A stretch of DNA of 64,000 nt from Paraphysomonas bandaiensis (GCA_965644295.1 CBFFRP010000430.1:62001-126000), one strand, 5' to 3'. Shown: positions 26,321 through 37,171, counted from the stretch's first letter. Notes: generated by a model from the letters alone, not told the origin. Numbers and translations: made by a program.

Positions 26321-29300
26321 TGGCAGCGGATGGAAATTTCACGAATGTCGCCTCAGGCTCAAAGGTACCTCCCTTCGAGGAACTGAACTTCAAGAAATTC
26401 AAGAAGTTCTTCACCTCATTCCTCATGAGACACAATCGAGCTCATCTTGTCCTCTCAAAGGATAAACCAAGGCACATTCATGATCTAGACTCTACAGTCC
26501 CAGCGGGAGCTCATATGACTGATGCACAGAAGAAGCGACTACGCAAAGCGAAGAAACTCTGGAACACCCGGAACGAGACCGCGTACTCCTTCCTGATGGA
26601 AGTGTGCAATGCTCACCCAAAAGCAGGCACAACAGCGGCTCTCTACGAAGGAAGTACAGCAAAAGGGTTACTACAGGCACTGGAAGAGAGATTTCTCAAT
26701 GTTGAAAAGAATACAGTACAGGCAGAGGTCACAAAGTTCAATTCAATGAAGATTACCTCAAGTCAGTCAGGAGCAGAGTTCGTCGACAGCGTTGAAGCCC
26801 AGGCCAAGATTCTCGAGAATCTAGGTCGTGAAGTCACGGAAGACGACAAGCTCACTCGACTAAAGGAAGGTCTCACAGACAAGAGATATTCCCAACTAGC
26901 ACACAGCCTGTATACAGCAAACGATGTGACATACGCAAGAGCAAGCAGCCTAATCAAAGGGTATGAAAACACATCATTCGGCAAGCATGCGTTGCAAAAT
27001 TCAGGGGAAGACAGTGTCAATCAAGCAGTGGATGACAGTAAATGGAAAGAGCACAAGAGAAAGGGCAGATGCAATAAGTGCAAGAAACTTGGCCACTTTG
27101 CTAGGGAGTGCAAGACTCCAGAGCATGTCATAAAGAGGATGAAGGGGACAAGATCACAGAGAAAAGATAGAGATCACAGAAACAGGGGTGATAACAAAAC
27201 AAAGCTACCTGTGTGTGAGATATGTGACATCCCAGGCCATCAGACTAAAGACTGCTTCCACTTGAAGACTGCTAAAGCTGCAGTGGTCAGTTCTAAACGG
27301 GGGCGAGACTCTAGAAGGGAAACGGCACCCTACAAGAACAAGAAGAAACCGCGAGTGTCTGTACATGATTCAGAAGATGAAGCGGGATACGAATCGATGA
27401 TATGTGTGGAAGAAGAGGTGAATCTAGCACAGAGCATGTCAGATGTTATTTATTTAGACAGCGGGTGCAACAAGATGATCCTTACCTCCAAAAACCACAT
27501 GACCAACCTTCAGCGCGCTGATAGGCAGATGTCCACAGCGAACAAAGGTAAACTGTCAATACACAGTGTTGGCGATGTAGGAAGCTTTAAAAAGGTGTAC
27601 TACGCACCTGAAGCAAGTAAGAACCTCGTAGATATGAAGAGCATCACAGATAGGGGTTGTGTTGTGACGTTCGATAATGATGAAGTCGTCATTCGAAATA
27701 AGACTACGAACAAGACACTCATTAGACAGAGAAGTGTTAATGGATTATATCCAGTTCGACTCGAAGACTTACTTCAGCTTGGAGAAGAATCCTCAGCAGC
27801 ACTTGAGGAGCAGGGGTTTGATGACCAGCGAATTCTATGGCACAAAAGACTTGGCCATGTCAACTATGATAAACTGACTGAGTCCGACCGCCGAGGCCTA
27901 GTTGATGGAATAAATCTGGACAAGAAATATTTCAGAAAAAAACACAAAAAAACGATATGCAAATGTAATACCTGCATGCGATCGAAACTCACGAGAAAGA
28001 ACTTCAGGACTCCACGCCAGTTGATGAACTTAGACAACAACCCAAAGGAGAGAGGGGTGCTCAGTGCAGATACGATGGAAGTCCTAAACACGCCATCGAT
28101 GGAAGGCTACAAACATGTGTTACTATTCAAGCACAGTGATGCAAAACATGTATGGGCTTATGGGTTGAAAAACAAGACTGGGAGTGAAGTGTTAAAGTGT
28201 ATGAAGGACATGGTAGAGACCCAACTTGTCAAAGAAGGATTGCAACTACGACGATATCATGCAGATGGCGCAGGAGAACTAGTAGGGCAACATGTCAGGC
28301 AGTACTTACGTGAAACCACCAGCACAAGGACTGTACAGGTTACTTGGACTCCACGTGACACACCCGAAATGAATTCGCTATCGGAACGCACTAATCGTAC
28401 AGTGAAGGAGATGGCCCTTGCTATATTGCTCGATAGTGGCATGCCATCAGTATTTTGGTTCAAAGCAGTCTTGCATGCTGTATATCTGATCAACAGGTTA
28501 CCTACGAAGACAACGAAAGGATACATCTCACCTTTTGAGTATATTACTGGAACCGCACCAGATGTGAGTGACTTGAAGATCTGGGGCTGCAAGGCATGGG
28601 CTATTGTGCCGAAGGAGCAGCGCCGCAAAGAGTGGAAAGAAAAGGGAAAACCTGGATACTATATGGGACAATGTCAACAACCTGTTGGACACCAAATATA
28701 TATTCCAGACCTGAATGCTATTATTGTTGCAGTCAATGCACAGTTTGATGAGTCAATTCCAGAGCGTTCACAGGAGTATTTCGACGAAATAGATAATCTA
28801 CAAATCGACACCTCAGAAACAGCAGAGAGTGTAAATGACTATCAGTACCTGGTGGGCCTCAGACATCTTGATGGACACCTGTGTTATGTTACCACCAGAG
28901 TGATAGAGAGAAGAGGAGTCATTGTTGCATATAGGAGATTAGATATGAAAGGAAATACTACCGAGGAGCAAACTCCAATTCATATCAAAGATGTAGTAAA
29001 GATGACTCACTCTACAAAGTGTCAGACCGACAAGTTTAATAGTTTGCGAAATGAGTTGGATCAGACTTGTAATGACAGTGACAATGAACAGAGGACTCCT
29101 GACCGCTCAAATCGGGGCGCATCTTCAACAGGTGGGGCAGATCGAAATCCCAGAACTGAAAAACGACCTCGAAAAAAACGGCACATTGTTAACGTTGGTG
29201 TCCTCGGCGATGTCTCATTGTTTCTTGATTCCTCCAACAGCACAATTAAAGAGCCACAGACGCTGGCAGAAGCAAAGAAGACTCCACAGAGAACATACTG

Positions 29301-30837
29301 GATTGAAGCTACCAGGAAGGAGGTGCACAAGCTTGAACGAAGGACATGCTGGAAGATTGTCCGAAGGCCGAAACACCGAAAAATCATAAAATCTAAATTG
29401 GTCTTTAAAGTAAAGCGCGACCATCTTGGAAAAATTAAGAAGTTCAAAGTTCGACTTGTGGCGAAAGGGTTTACTCAAGAACAAGGAGTCGACTATAATG
29501 AGACATTCTCCCCAGTAGCTAAAGGTGTATCATTTAGGCTAGCACTGGCACTGGCTCTGCGATACAATCTGCAACTCCGTCAACTCGATGTAGAAACGGC
29601 ATTTCCGTATGCAGATCTGGACGAAGACGTGTTTATGTCTCCACCTGCAGGAATAGATATTCCACAAGGCTGTTGTTTGAAGATTCTGAAGAGTTTGTAT
29701 GGCCTAAAACAAGCGCCTCGAAATTGGCATTCAATGCTGAAGGACAGTATAAAGGCGATGGGGTATAAACAATGTGTTCTTGACCCATGTTTATTTGTAC
29801 TCAAGGGTACTGATGATAACCTACATATGATACTTGTGTATGTAGATGATATCATTGTGCTCAGCTCTGACAGCCGTCATATTGAAGAAGTCATCAGCGC
29901 CTTTAAGACTCAATATGCCATGCAAGATATGGGGGACCTTAAGCATTATTTAGGTCTTACCATTGAGCGTCATAATGGCCAGATTAAGTTACATCAGTCT
30001 GCATATGCTAAAGATGTTGTGGCCAGATTCAATCACTTGTTGTCAGAAAAGAAGAGACGGTGCAAGGCAACCACACCTCTACCACCTGGCCTAAAGTTGT
30101 CCAAGGATGCAAAAGAGGAAGAAACTCGAAAACAGAGAGAATACGTTGATGCATTTCCCTATCAATCTGTTATTGGTGCCTTAATGTATTTGGCAGTGCA
30201 TACTAGACCAGACATGGCATATACAGTAAATCTTCTCTCCCGGTTCACCACAAGACCCACGTACGCTGCATGTCAAGCTGCTCTGCATACTTTATTGTAT
30301 TTAGAAAATACAGTTGATCAAGGTATCATATTTCCTAATTTCACAGATGAAGACCCTCTATGTGTGTACTCTGATGCAGATTGGGCCGGAGATCTGGATA
30401 CATGCAGATCCACTACAGGGTATATCGTATATCTGTGGGGTGCTCCAATTGCATGGCAGTCCAGACTGCAGCCAACAGTGGCTACGTCGACTATGGAAGC
30501 TGAATATATGGCTGCATATGCTGCAATTCAGGAGATTGTATGGATACGAGGGGTGATGACAGAGCTCGGAATTCGTGGATTTGAGCTCAGTAAGAATGCG
30601 TCTCCAACAATCTTGAATATGGACAGCAAGAGTGCGATTGATCTAGCTCAGAACCCGGTAAATCATAAACGTTCCAAGCATATTCGGATCAAGTATCATT
30701 GGATTCGAGAGCAAGTGGGAGGCTGTATCGTCAGGCTGAATCATGTGCCAACGGCAGAGATGACAGCAGACGTGATGACTAAAGCCTTGTCCGAGAAGCT
30801 GCACTATCAGCATGTGCACACTATGGTATCGCACTAA
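26320..30837 (+). CDS. Copia Gag-Pol polyprotein (1505 aa)
   Basis: Same protein as 4051-8568. Confidence 0.98.
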   Translation: MAADGNFTNVASGSKVPPFEELNFKKFKKFFTSFLMRHNRAHLVLSKDKPRHIHDLDSTVPAGAHMTDAQKKRLRKAKKLWNTRNETAYSFLMEVCNAHPKAGTTAALYEGSTAKGLLQALEERFLNVEKNTVQAEVTKFNSMKITSSQSGAEFVDSVEAQAKILENLGREVTEDDKLTRLKEGLTDKRYSQLAHSLYTANDVTYARASSLIKGYENTSFGKHALQNSGEDSVNQAVDDSKWKEHKRKGRCNKCKKLGHFARECKTPEHVIKRMKGTRSQRKDRDHRNRGDNKTKLPVCEICDIPGHQTKDCFHLKTAKAAVVSSKRGRDSRRETAPYKNKKKPRVSVHDSEDEAGYESMICVEEEVNLAQSMSDVIYLDSGCNKMILTSKNHMTNLQRADRQMSTANKGKLSIHSVGDVGSFKKVYYAPEASKNLVDMKSITDRGCVVTFDNDEVVIRNKTTNKTLIRQRSVNGLYPVRLEDLLQLGEESSAALEEQGFDDQRILWHKRLGHVNYDKLTESDRRGLVDGINLDKKYFRKKHKKTICKCNTCMRSKLTRKNFRTPRQLMNLDNNPKERGVLSADTMEVLNTPSMEGYKHVLLFKHSDAKHVWAYGLKNKTGSEVLKCMKDMVETQLVKEGLQLRRYHADGAGELVGQHVRQYLRETTSTRTVQVTWTPRDTPEMNSLSERTNRTVKEMALAILLDSGMPSVFWFKAVLHAVYLINRLPTKTTKGYISPFEYITGTAPDVSDLKIWGCKAWAIVPKEQRRKEWKEKGKPGYYMGQCQQPVGHQIYIPDLNAIIVAVNAQFDESIPERSQEYFDEIDNLQIDTSETAESVNDYQYLVGLRHLDGHLCYVTTRVIERRGVIVAYRRLDMKGNTTEEQTPIHIKDVVKMTHSTKCQTDKFNSLRNELDQTCNDSDNEQRTPDRSNRGASSTGGADRNPRTEKRPRKKRHIVNVGVLGDVSLFLDSSNSTIKEPQTLAEAKKTPQRTYWIEATRKEVHKLERRTCWKIVRRPKHRKIIKSKLVFKVKRDHLGKIKKFKVRLVAKGFTQEQGVDYNETFSPVAKGVSFRLALALALRYNLQLRQLDVETAFPYADLDEDVFMSPPAGIDIPQGCCLKILKSLYGLKQAPRNWHSMLKDSIKAMGYKQCVLDPCLFVLKGTDDNLHMILVYVDDIIVLSSDSRHIEEVISAFKTQYAMQDMGDLKHYLGLTIERHNGQIKLHQSAYAKDVVARFNHLLSEKKRRCKATTPLPPGLKLSKDAKEEETRKQREYVDAFPYQSVIGALMYLAVHTRPDMAYTVNLLSRFTTRPTYAACQAALHTLLYLENTVDQGIIFPNFTDEDPLCVYSDADWAGDLDTCRSTTGYIVYLWGAPIAWQSRLQPTVATSTMEAEYMAAYAAIQEIVWIRGVMTELGIRGFELSKNASPTILNMDSKSAIDLAQNPVNHKRSKHIRIKYHWIREQVGGCIVRLNHVPTAEMTADVMTKALSEKLHYQHVHTMVSH
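26321..26329 (+). promoter_or_regulatory. Primer-binding site, probably tRNA-Leu (copy 1 equivalent 8559-8567)
   Basis: TGGCAGCGG directly after the LTR; complementary to ...CCGCUGCCA, a typical eukaryotic tRNA-Leu 3' end. Confidence 0.7.
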
Positions 30838-30876
30838 GTAGACTTGCTCATCACAGTATATTCTGATATGTTCATT

Positions 30877-30885
30877 GAGTGGGAG
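30877..30885 (+). promoter_or_regulatory. Polypurine tract of Copia copy 2
   Basis: GAGTGGGAG directly abutting the 3' LTR. Confidence 0.8.
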
Positions 30886-31192
30886 TATTGAACTACAACC
30901 AACTCCTACGTGCGTACTTGAAGTTTGGTAAAGTCAATCGCTAGTAGTTATCCTGTATTCTATGTAGCAATGAAATACAGAATATACATGACTACAGTAT
31001 AGGAGTAGCTATTACAAGTATACAAAGAAACTGAAAATATAGTAGCTGTTAAAGATATGATTTGTAGAACAGAATGTTGATGTTGGTGAATGACGTGGTT
31101 CCTAACTCACAGGGCTACAACATCATAAACTTACTATATCTCCTATAATATCAATCAGTCAATATTGCACTAACTAAAAGCGTAAATTAATA
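30886..31192 (+). repeat. 3' LTR of Copia copy 2
   Basis: Direct repeat of 26014-26320. Confidence 0.97.
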
Positions 31193-31563
31193 GCTTTATA
31201 TGCAGTGGCAGAGCACTGTCCGAGTAGATTGTACTAAGTAATTTTAACCGGTCGGAAATCAGAGTCATAGGACTTTTACAGCTCTAGTATGTAGTACAAG
31301 AATAAATGTAGTAATATATTATATATACGGTACAATTCGTCTAGCTTCAAACAGATATCAGGTCATTCATCTGCCACATTGAAGGACTGGCGGGTAGAGA
31401 CTATCAGATAAGAGTAGACATCGGATATTCTATACAATGTCGTCATAGCTAAAATACTCTACAATAAAGAACATTATTACTGCATTACAATTGTTCTGTA
31501 AATATGCCATTGCCCACAGAGAGCATCAATAATTCGTCCCATTCCAGAAAAAATGCTTCATAG

Positions 31564-32109
31564 TTACACGCGTTCAATTACGGATTCTAATTCAGTAATG
31601 GATACTGCAGCATCATTTTCTTCGTCATATTCTGCCCATCCATCACTGTCACTAAGATCTACATCTTCAAATATTGTTCCATCGGCAGTCTCGACGACAA
31701 AATCAACCTCTGGCACCCAACGTTCTATTTCCAATCCACGGCATTCAAGTCCTAGGATGGGGACAAATTTCCCACCCGCAGCATCTTCTGCTGTATATAT
31801 ACCAGAGCATTTTTTAAGATCTACAATTTTAATATAACTCTGATGATGTGTACCCGGCCATTTCATAACAAAATTTGCATGACCTGTACGTACCATACGG
31901 AACATATATGAATCTTGTTATAGTGTGTACTAACATCACTTACCTCTACTACCTTCCAAATCAATCTCATCAGCTGTAGTTACTGTAATACCCTCTCGTC
32001 TTTCGCCACCATTACTAACAATATCAAACTTCCACATGTTGTTATTGAGGGGTATCATACGGGCCACATTGTCGAGATTAGCTTTAATTTTAAGAGCGTA
32101 TATGGTCAT
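31564..32109 (-). CDS. CZIB: DUF866 / C1orf123 (CZIB)-family protein, 2 exons
   Basis: MTIYALKIKANLDNV...EGSRG/ANFVMKW...LECRGLEIERW...GTIFEDVDLSDSDGWAEYDEENDAAVSI. Confidence 0.85.
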
Positions 32110-32321
32110 TGTGAGTGTGTAGAGGTGAGGGAAGGGTGGGGAGAGTTTGGTGTGTTGTTATTTACTGTAAAGTAAGTGGTATGTATATGTATATATATGG
32201 AACACTCTATCTATATATGCATGTATCTGCATACATGTGTATGTATGTACTGCTGTACTGCTGTGTAGGAATTCCTATATGTATGTAGTTGTATGTTGAC
32301 TTCAATATCTATGTTGATGTA

Positions 32322-34693
32322 CAGTGGATGGCCCCTATAAGGATCTCAAATGGGCGCACCTTATAGGGGCCAGGCACCTTATAGGGGCCGGGGGGGAGCT
32401 GTCACACACCACCACATAATACAGCAGAATACAGCATAATACATCAGAATACCTCATAATACATCAGAATACAATCGTATACTGTAGCGGTGGGTGTTTC
32501 AAATGTAGCGAAATTTATATTCTCATCATTATGTTCATCACACTATTCCACTCTAGCAGAGCTAGCATCCGACAGTCAACATGATTAGATCTGTGATTGA
32601 AGCCACATGTTCAGGACTATATGAGACACATTTGGTATAATTTGTAGCCTTCGTTGTTATGATATTATTATCAAATTCGACAGCGCAAAATAGATACATT
32701 TTCGAATTAATTCACGGCCACATATCAGCGCGAAGAAGTAATAGCCAGCAGTAGAGATTAGCGCAGTATGTTCTCTTAAAATGTTTCAACGATTATTGAT
32801 TGTTGGTTTCATTTATATTGGACAGATATGGAATATTGTTGTCTGCGTTGTCGGTGATGTTTTCTTTGTGTTTTACAATTAACCTCCAGACCGCCGGATG
32901 GCCCCAAAACACCTGAACTGTCCAAATGGTAGTGTTATATACCATTATGTAACAGGATTGAACTGTGATTTTAGCAACTGTACCCCCCTCGTGCTTCTCT
33001 GTGTTGCAGAATTGACTCTTACCCTTTTCTTCATTTTTTATCACCCTATACTATATAGTATCCTACATATAATTGTATACGCCAAATATATAATTGCACT
33101 GCATAATACTGAAACATTAAGCTAATATGAACATCGTAAAGCAATCACAACTATACTTTACTATGCTGCACACGCCACACAATCCTATACTAACATATAT
33201 ATTCTGACACACTGGCCTACTAAATATATTATACAGTAGTGTGCCATGCTATCTTATACTACACTTCGATGCACCTACTTACTCCTTATTATGCCACAGT
33301 ATAATGTACTATACGGTATGGTGACAACTAACATACCGTCCTAAAAAATCCTACAGTACTACTTTAAATTATCCCTTCCTCTCTTTTTCCATCTCAGATC
33401 GTCTTGAAGCCAGTTCACCCTACAGAACTTACTAGTCTAGTCCACTAGTAGCACTAGCAAACAAGCTGAGATGATGGTGATAATGATATTATTATAAAGT
33501 TATTACTAATTACAATAAATCTTATAACAATAGTATCGTAAAAAAGTGTGGCTATTAGCTAAAACGGACTAATAACGAAGTATGTAAGTATTCATTAGAA
33601 AGAAAAGCAATAAAAAATAAAGCAAAGTATAATGATTCATAGTAGAGCTGATGCAAATAAGTGGTAGGTGGTAGTTTGTTACACATCAGACATCACCGTC
33701 GTAGCCAGGATTGACCAACACATCAAACACCTGGGCCTCCTGAACTCTTGGATCGTCTTCCAAGCTGACCCAATGCTCCATGGCCCCAGCACTAGCCTGG
33801 CTTGCAGAACGAATATTAGCCAATTCAACACTAGATACGTCGTCTGGAATGCTGAGCGCAAGCTGATTCATCAACATCAGCATGGAATCGACATTGACTC
33901 TACCGTGCGATCGCGCTAGTGAACACTCTTCCTGTTCCGGCAGCAGTCCGGTCTTCAGCCAACACCGCACAATGGTGTTAGCATCCACTCTGTCCCATGA
34001 GTGCTGAGCGAGGTGCATCGCATCTCTGACGTCTGCCTGCTTTCCAGCAGCAAGGGAACTTTTTAGGAAATCATCTGGAAGAGGCTTTCCCAGGGCTACT
34101 GCCACTGTACTTTGCAACAGCTGGTAGCGGTAGCCGGTTTTAAAAGTCTTAATGATTCCCGCGTCCATGGGTTGAACTCTTGATGTCACGTTTGGGGGCA
34201 AGCCCTCAATGCGAACTTGCCCCCTCGGATCCACCAGGTCGCCATGGGAGCTATGGTTATCCATGAGTAAGAGCACAGGTTCATCTATCCTTGAAATATA
34301 TCATACGGACCACCTTTAACTTTTTTGGACTGTGGACTTCCCGCCCGCAATACCAAATTTTACACCGGCATCGGCATGTTTTAATTCATCCACTTTTACA
34401 GCATTAAAAACTTTCTGTTTTGTTGCAAAAGTATACCACTTTCGTTTATTGCACGGTATACACACAGGCCTTGGGAGTGCCTCAATAACTGAAGGTTGTT
34501 GGGTGGGAGGGGTGGGTGGGGGAATAATCGGGGAATAAACAGGTCTGAATATAGTAGCTATATGTAGTATCTCGTTGTTTTCCATAGGTATGTACTGAGA
34601 TATTAGAAGATTTATTCTTGTTGACCACAGGTGGACAAAAAAAACAACGTCAAGTGCACCTTATAGGGGCCACCTTATAGGGGCCATCCACTG
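32322..34693 (-). mobile_element. pogo/Tigger-type (Tc1/mariner superfamily) DNA transposon, internally deleted
   Basis: Perfect 21-bp TIR CAGTGGATGGCCCCTATAAGG (32322-32342, 34673-34693); TA duplicated on both sides; subterminal CACCTTATAGGGGCC repeats. Confidence 0.93.
33686..34585 (-). pseudogene. Truncated pogo-like transposase (HTH_psq fragment plus C-terminal half of DDE_1)
   Basis: KRKWYTFATKQKV...KFGI..KSTV (34316-34585) lies about 40 bp from LLLMDNHSSH...LPPNVTSRVQPMDAGII (D31D spacing); CENP-B HTH and first catalytic Asp missing. Confidence 0.85.
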
Positions 34694-34984
34694 TATCTCA
34701 TATACTGTACCTGTATACCGGCTGTACTGCTGCATCTAGATTAATGGAATGTATCTCGTGGACCACGTATACATGACAGCAGTACATGTACCTATATACC
34801 GTGTACAGTACTGTACTGCTGTACATTGACCATATCTCCACACATACATAGCCTAGCAGTATATCCACACACATATATACACATATATACACATATATAC
34901 ACATAGCCATATATCTCCACTCTACATACATATCACTGTACAATACACCAATCCATCCCATCTCCATCCCTCTACCCCTCAACC

Positions 34985-36742
34985 ATGATCCAAGGGACTG
35001 TCATAGATCACAGTAGATGTGAAGACCCTATAGAACTCACGAGTTCTCGTCCTCTACAGTCTCTATTAGGTAACCACCTCACAACTCATGAATTCATAGA
35101 AAACCATATGAGTAAACACCCTCTCGTTATACGAGGTGGAATACATCGTATCACAGCCATTACAAACACACTGTTTGATCTGAATATAGAGGAGATGTTA
35201 GCATCTACAGCATCTGATAGAATACATGTATGGTTATCAGCTGCTCATGTATCTGACAGTCAAATGGAATCAATCACTATTGAAGATCCACAAACTGCAT
35301 CAAAATTATATAATTCTGGACATTCATTATACTGTAGAGCACCAGCTGATCTTGAATCAGAAGTTGTTCCCAGATTTCTCTCTGAATTAGGGTTCGGTTT
35401 CTCTGCACCTCATACAGATAGATTTCGTCGGGGTGAAATCGAAACTTTTTATTCCCGTAAGGGTCATATTACTCCATTTCATACAGATTTTCAGGAAAAT
35501 TTTACTATTGTACTTAGTGGTAAAAAGTTATGGTCATTCCGTCCAAGTACCGCCAAGTATCCTCTTCGAGGGTGCACGCCCCATTACAAGACCGCAGACA
35601 GTGATGGGGGATGTGAGAGTTTGAAGGAACTTCAATTAAAAACCTTGAAACTGAGTGATCCCAGTTTCCGTGCTGATGACTTTCTCAATACATCAACTGA
35701 TGAATCTGAAGGCACTCAAAGTATTCTACTCGAGGCAGGCGATGTACTCTATCACCCGGCTGGTGTGTGGCACCGTGTCGAGTGTCTGGAGGATAGTGTT
35801 TCTATTAATATTTCCCTTATCGCCACATCATATGCGGATGTTTTTGCGGCTTCTATTTCGCACTTGCTTATGCGTCACTCCTCATTTAGAGCCCCGGTGC
35901 GCACTCTTGTGGGTAAATCGGGAGATATGGAGGCACTCGAGAGGATGCGTGAAATACTTAATATCGTGCCTGAACTTTGCGCTGGTTTGACTGCGGAAGA
36001 AATATTACCACCTCTTACTATGGAAGAAAGTATGACAAATGTCCAGGAATCTAAACTAGAAGAATGCGAAAACGACTCCAACCACTCCAGCAACGAAGAA
36101 AGCGATGGTAATGACGACAGTGATGAAGAGTCCGCGGAGGTTGAAGAGCAGGATCGTGTGCTCTACATATGTGACATAAACTATCCTGAAGACTTTTTTC
36201 CATCTGAAGAAAACTCAAAGAAGGCAGCGCGAGTGTCCACCATTCGTCTTCGATGCAACCCATTGTGTACTGTAATCACTCGCTCTGATATTGTTAGTTA
36301 TGAGGCAGCACACAATATAAAGATTAAGGACGATAATGTAGAATATATCGTTCATTCAGGGTATGGCAGTGAAAACTTTGAGTCGATTAATAGGGTTATC
36401 GTGAGATTGAGCCATGCTAATTCTGATCAGTCTGACGATGGTTGGGACAGTAAAACAGAAGCAGATGCCGGTGCAATTTTGAATGCTCTCGTCACATTCT
36501 TGAGATCACAATTACGTACAGCTTCTGAAAAACCCGACGATCCTCGAACTATTCTCACCGAGTGGTTGACGTTCGAAGAGCTTGCCAGTTCTATTTTCTC
36601 GGATACGTTTAGTGATAATAACAGCGAGTCTAAGTCTCGCAAACGAAAGAGGGCTTCAAAAGGCCCTCCTAGTATCACTCTTTTGAAGAGGATTGTGTAT
36701 GCATTATATAACGCCGGTGCCATAAGTATATTAAGAGATTAG
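34985..36742 (+). CDS. JmjC/cupin 2-oxoglutarate oxygenase (ROXA/NO66/ycfD-like)
   Basis: TPFHTDFQENF (HxD), GKKLW, LEAGDVLYHPAGVWH metal triad; single exon. Confidence 0.85.
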   Translation: MIQGTVIDHSRCEDPIELTSSRPLQSLLGNHLTTHEFIENHMSKHPLVIRGGIHRITAITNTLFDLNIEEMLASTASDRIHVWLSAAHVSDSQMESITIEDPQTASKLYNSGHSLYCRAPADLESEVVPRFLSELGFGFSAPHTDRFRRGEIETFYSRKGHITPFHTDFQENFTIVLSGKKLWSFRPSTAKYPLRGCTPHYKTADSDGGCESLKELQLKTLKLSDPSFRADDFLNTSTDESEGTQSILLEAGDVLYHPAGVWHRVECLEDSVSINISLIATSYADVFAASISHLLMRHSSFRAPVRTLVGKSGDMEALERMREILNIVPELCAGLTAEEILPPLTMEESMTNVQESKLEECENDSNHSSNEESDGNDDSDEESAEVEEQDRVLYICDINYPEDFFPSEENSKKAARVSTIRLRCNPLCTVITRSDIVSYEAAHNIKIKDDNVEYIVHSGYGSENFESINRVIVRLSHANSDQSDDGWDSKTEADAGAILNALVTFLRSQLRTASEKPDDPRTILTEWLTFEELASSIFSDTFSDNNSESKSRKRKRASKGPPSITLLKRIVYALYNAGAISILRD

Positions 36743-36793
36743 CGTATAAGTTTTTGTATTGATATAAAAATATAAGTAGCGATAAAAAAATAT

Positions 36794-37171
36794 CGGTGCT
36801 AGGGAGGAATATATTCTAGTGCAATATATTTCATTGTTACAGTATTGATTGGCCGACCAGTTATAACGAATAAACAATAAACAATAAACCCATATAGTGA
36901 AGCTACATTGTGAAGCTAGTAGCTTACAATGTATTAATGAGGACGGGTATTATCGACGATGGGGAATTTGTGATATATGTTTGACAACGTTGTGATTGGT
37001 GATCCTGTGATCGTAAATCGCAATGACTAGAACTAAGAATGCAATATACAAACTTATTGAGCTGCTGATAGATGATACAACGGTATTGTTGGACCAATTA
37101 GACTATATACAAGTAGGGTATAGAATACTATTTAAAATTTCAATATTGCAATATGTTGTTCCTTAGCCCTG
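36794..37171. mobile_element. Possible degenerate hAT-like MITE
   Basis: CGGTGCTAGGGAGGAATATATT vs AATATGTTGTTCCTTAGCCCTG imperfect TIRs; similar end near 49490-49515; no TSD found. Confidence 0.3.

Larger units (their letters stand above)
26014..31192 (+). mobile_element. Full-length Ty1/Copia LTR retrotransposon, copy 2 (5179 bp), TA...TA LTR termini
   Basis: LTRs 26014-26320 and 30886-31192; 5-bp TSD GCTTT (26009-26013, 31193-31197); protein identical to copy 1. Confidence 0.98.

Noticed and set aside
3696-31192. The two Copia copies as an assembly duplication or as ends of one giant inverted-repeat element
   Set aside because: Each has its own distinct matched TSD and unique flanks, and they differ by at least one SNP
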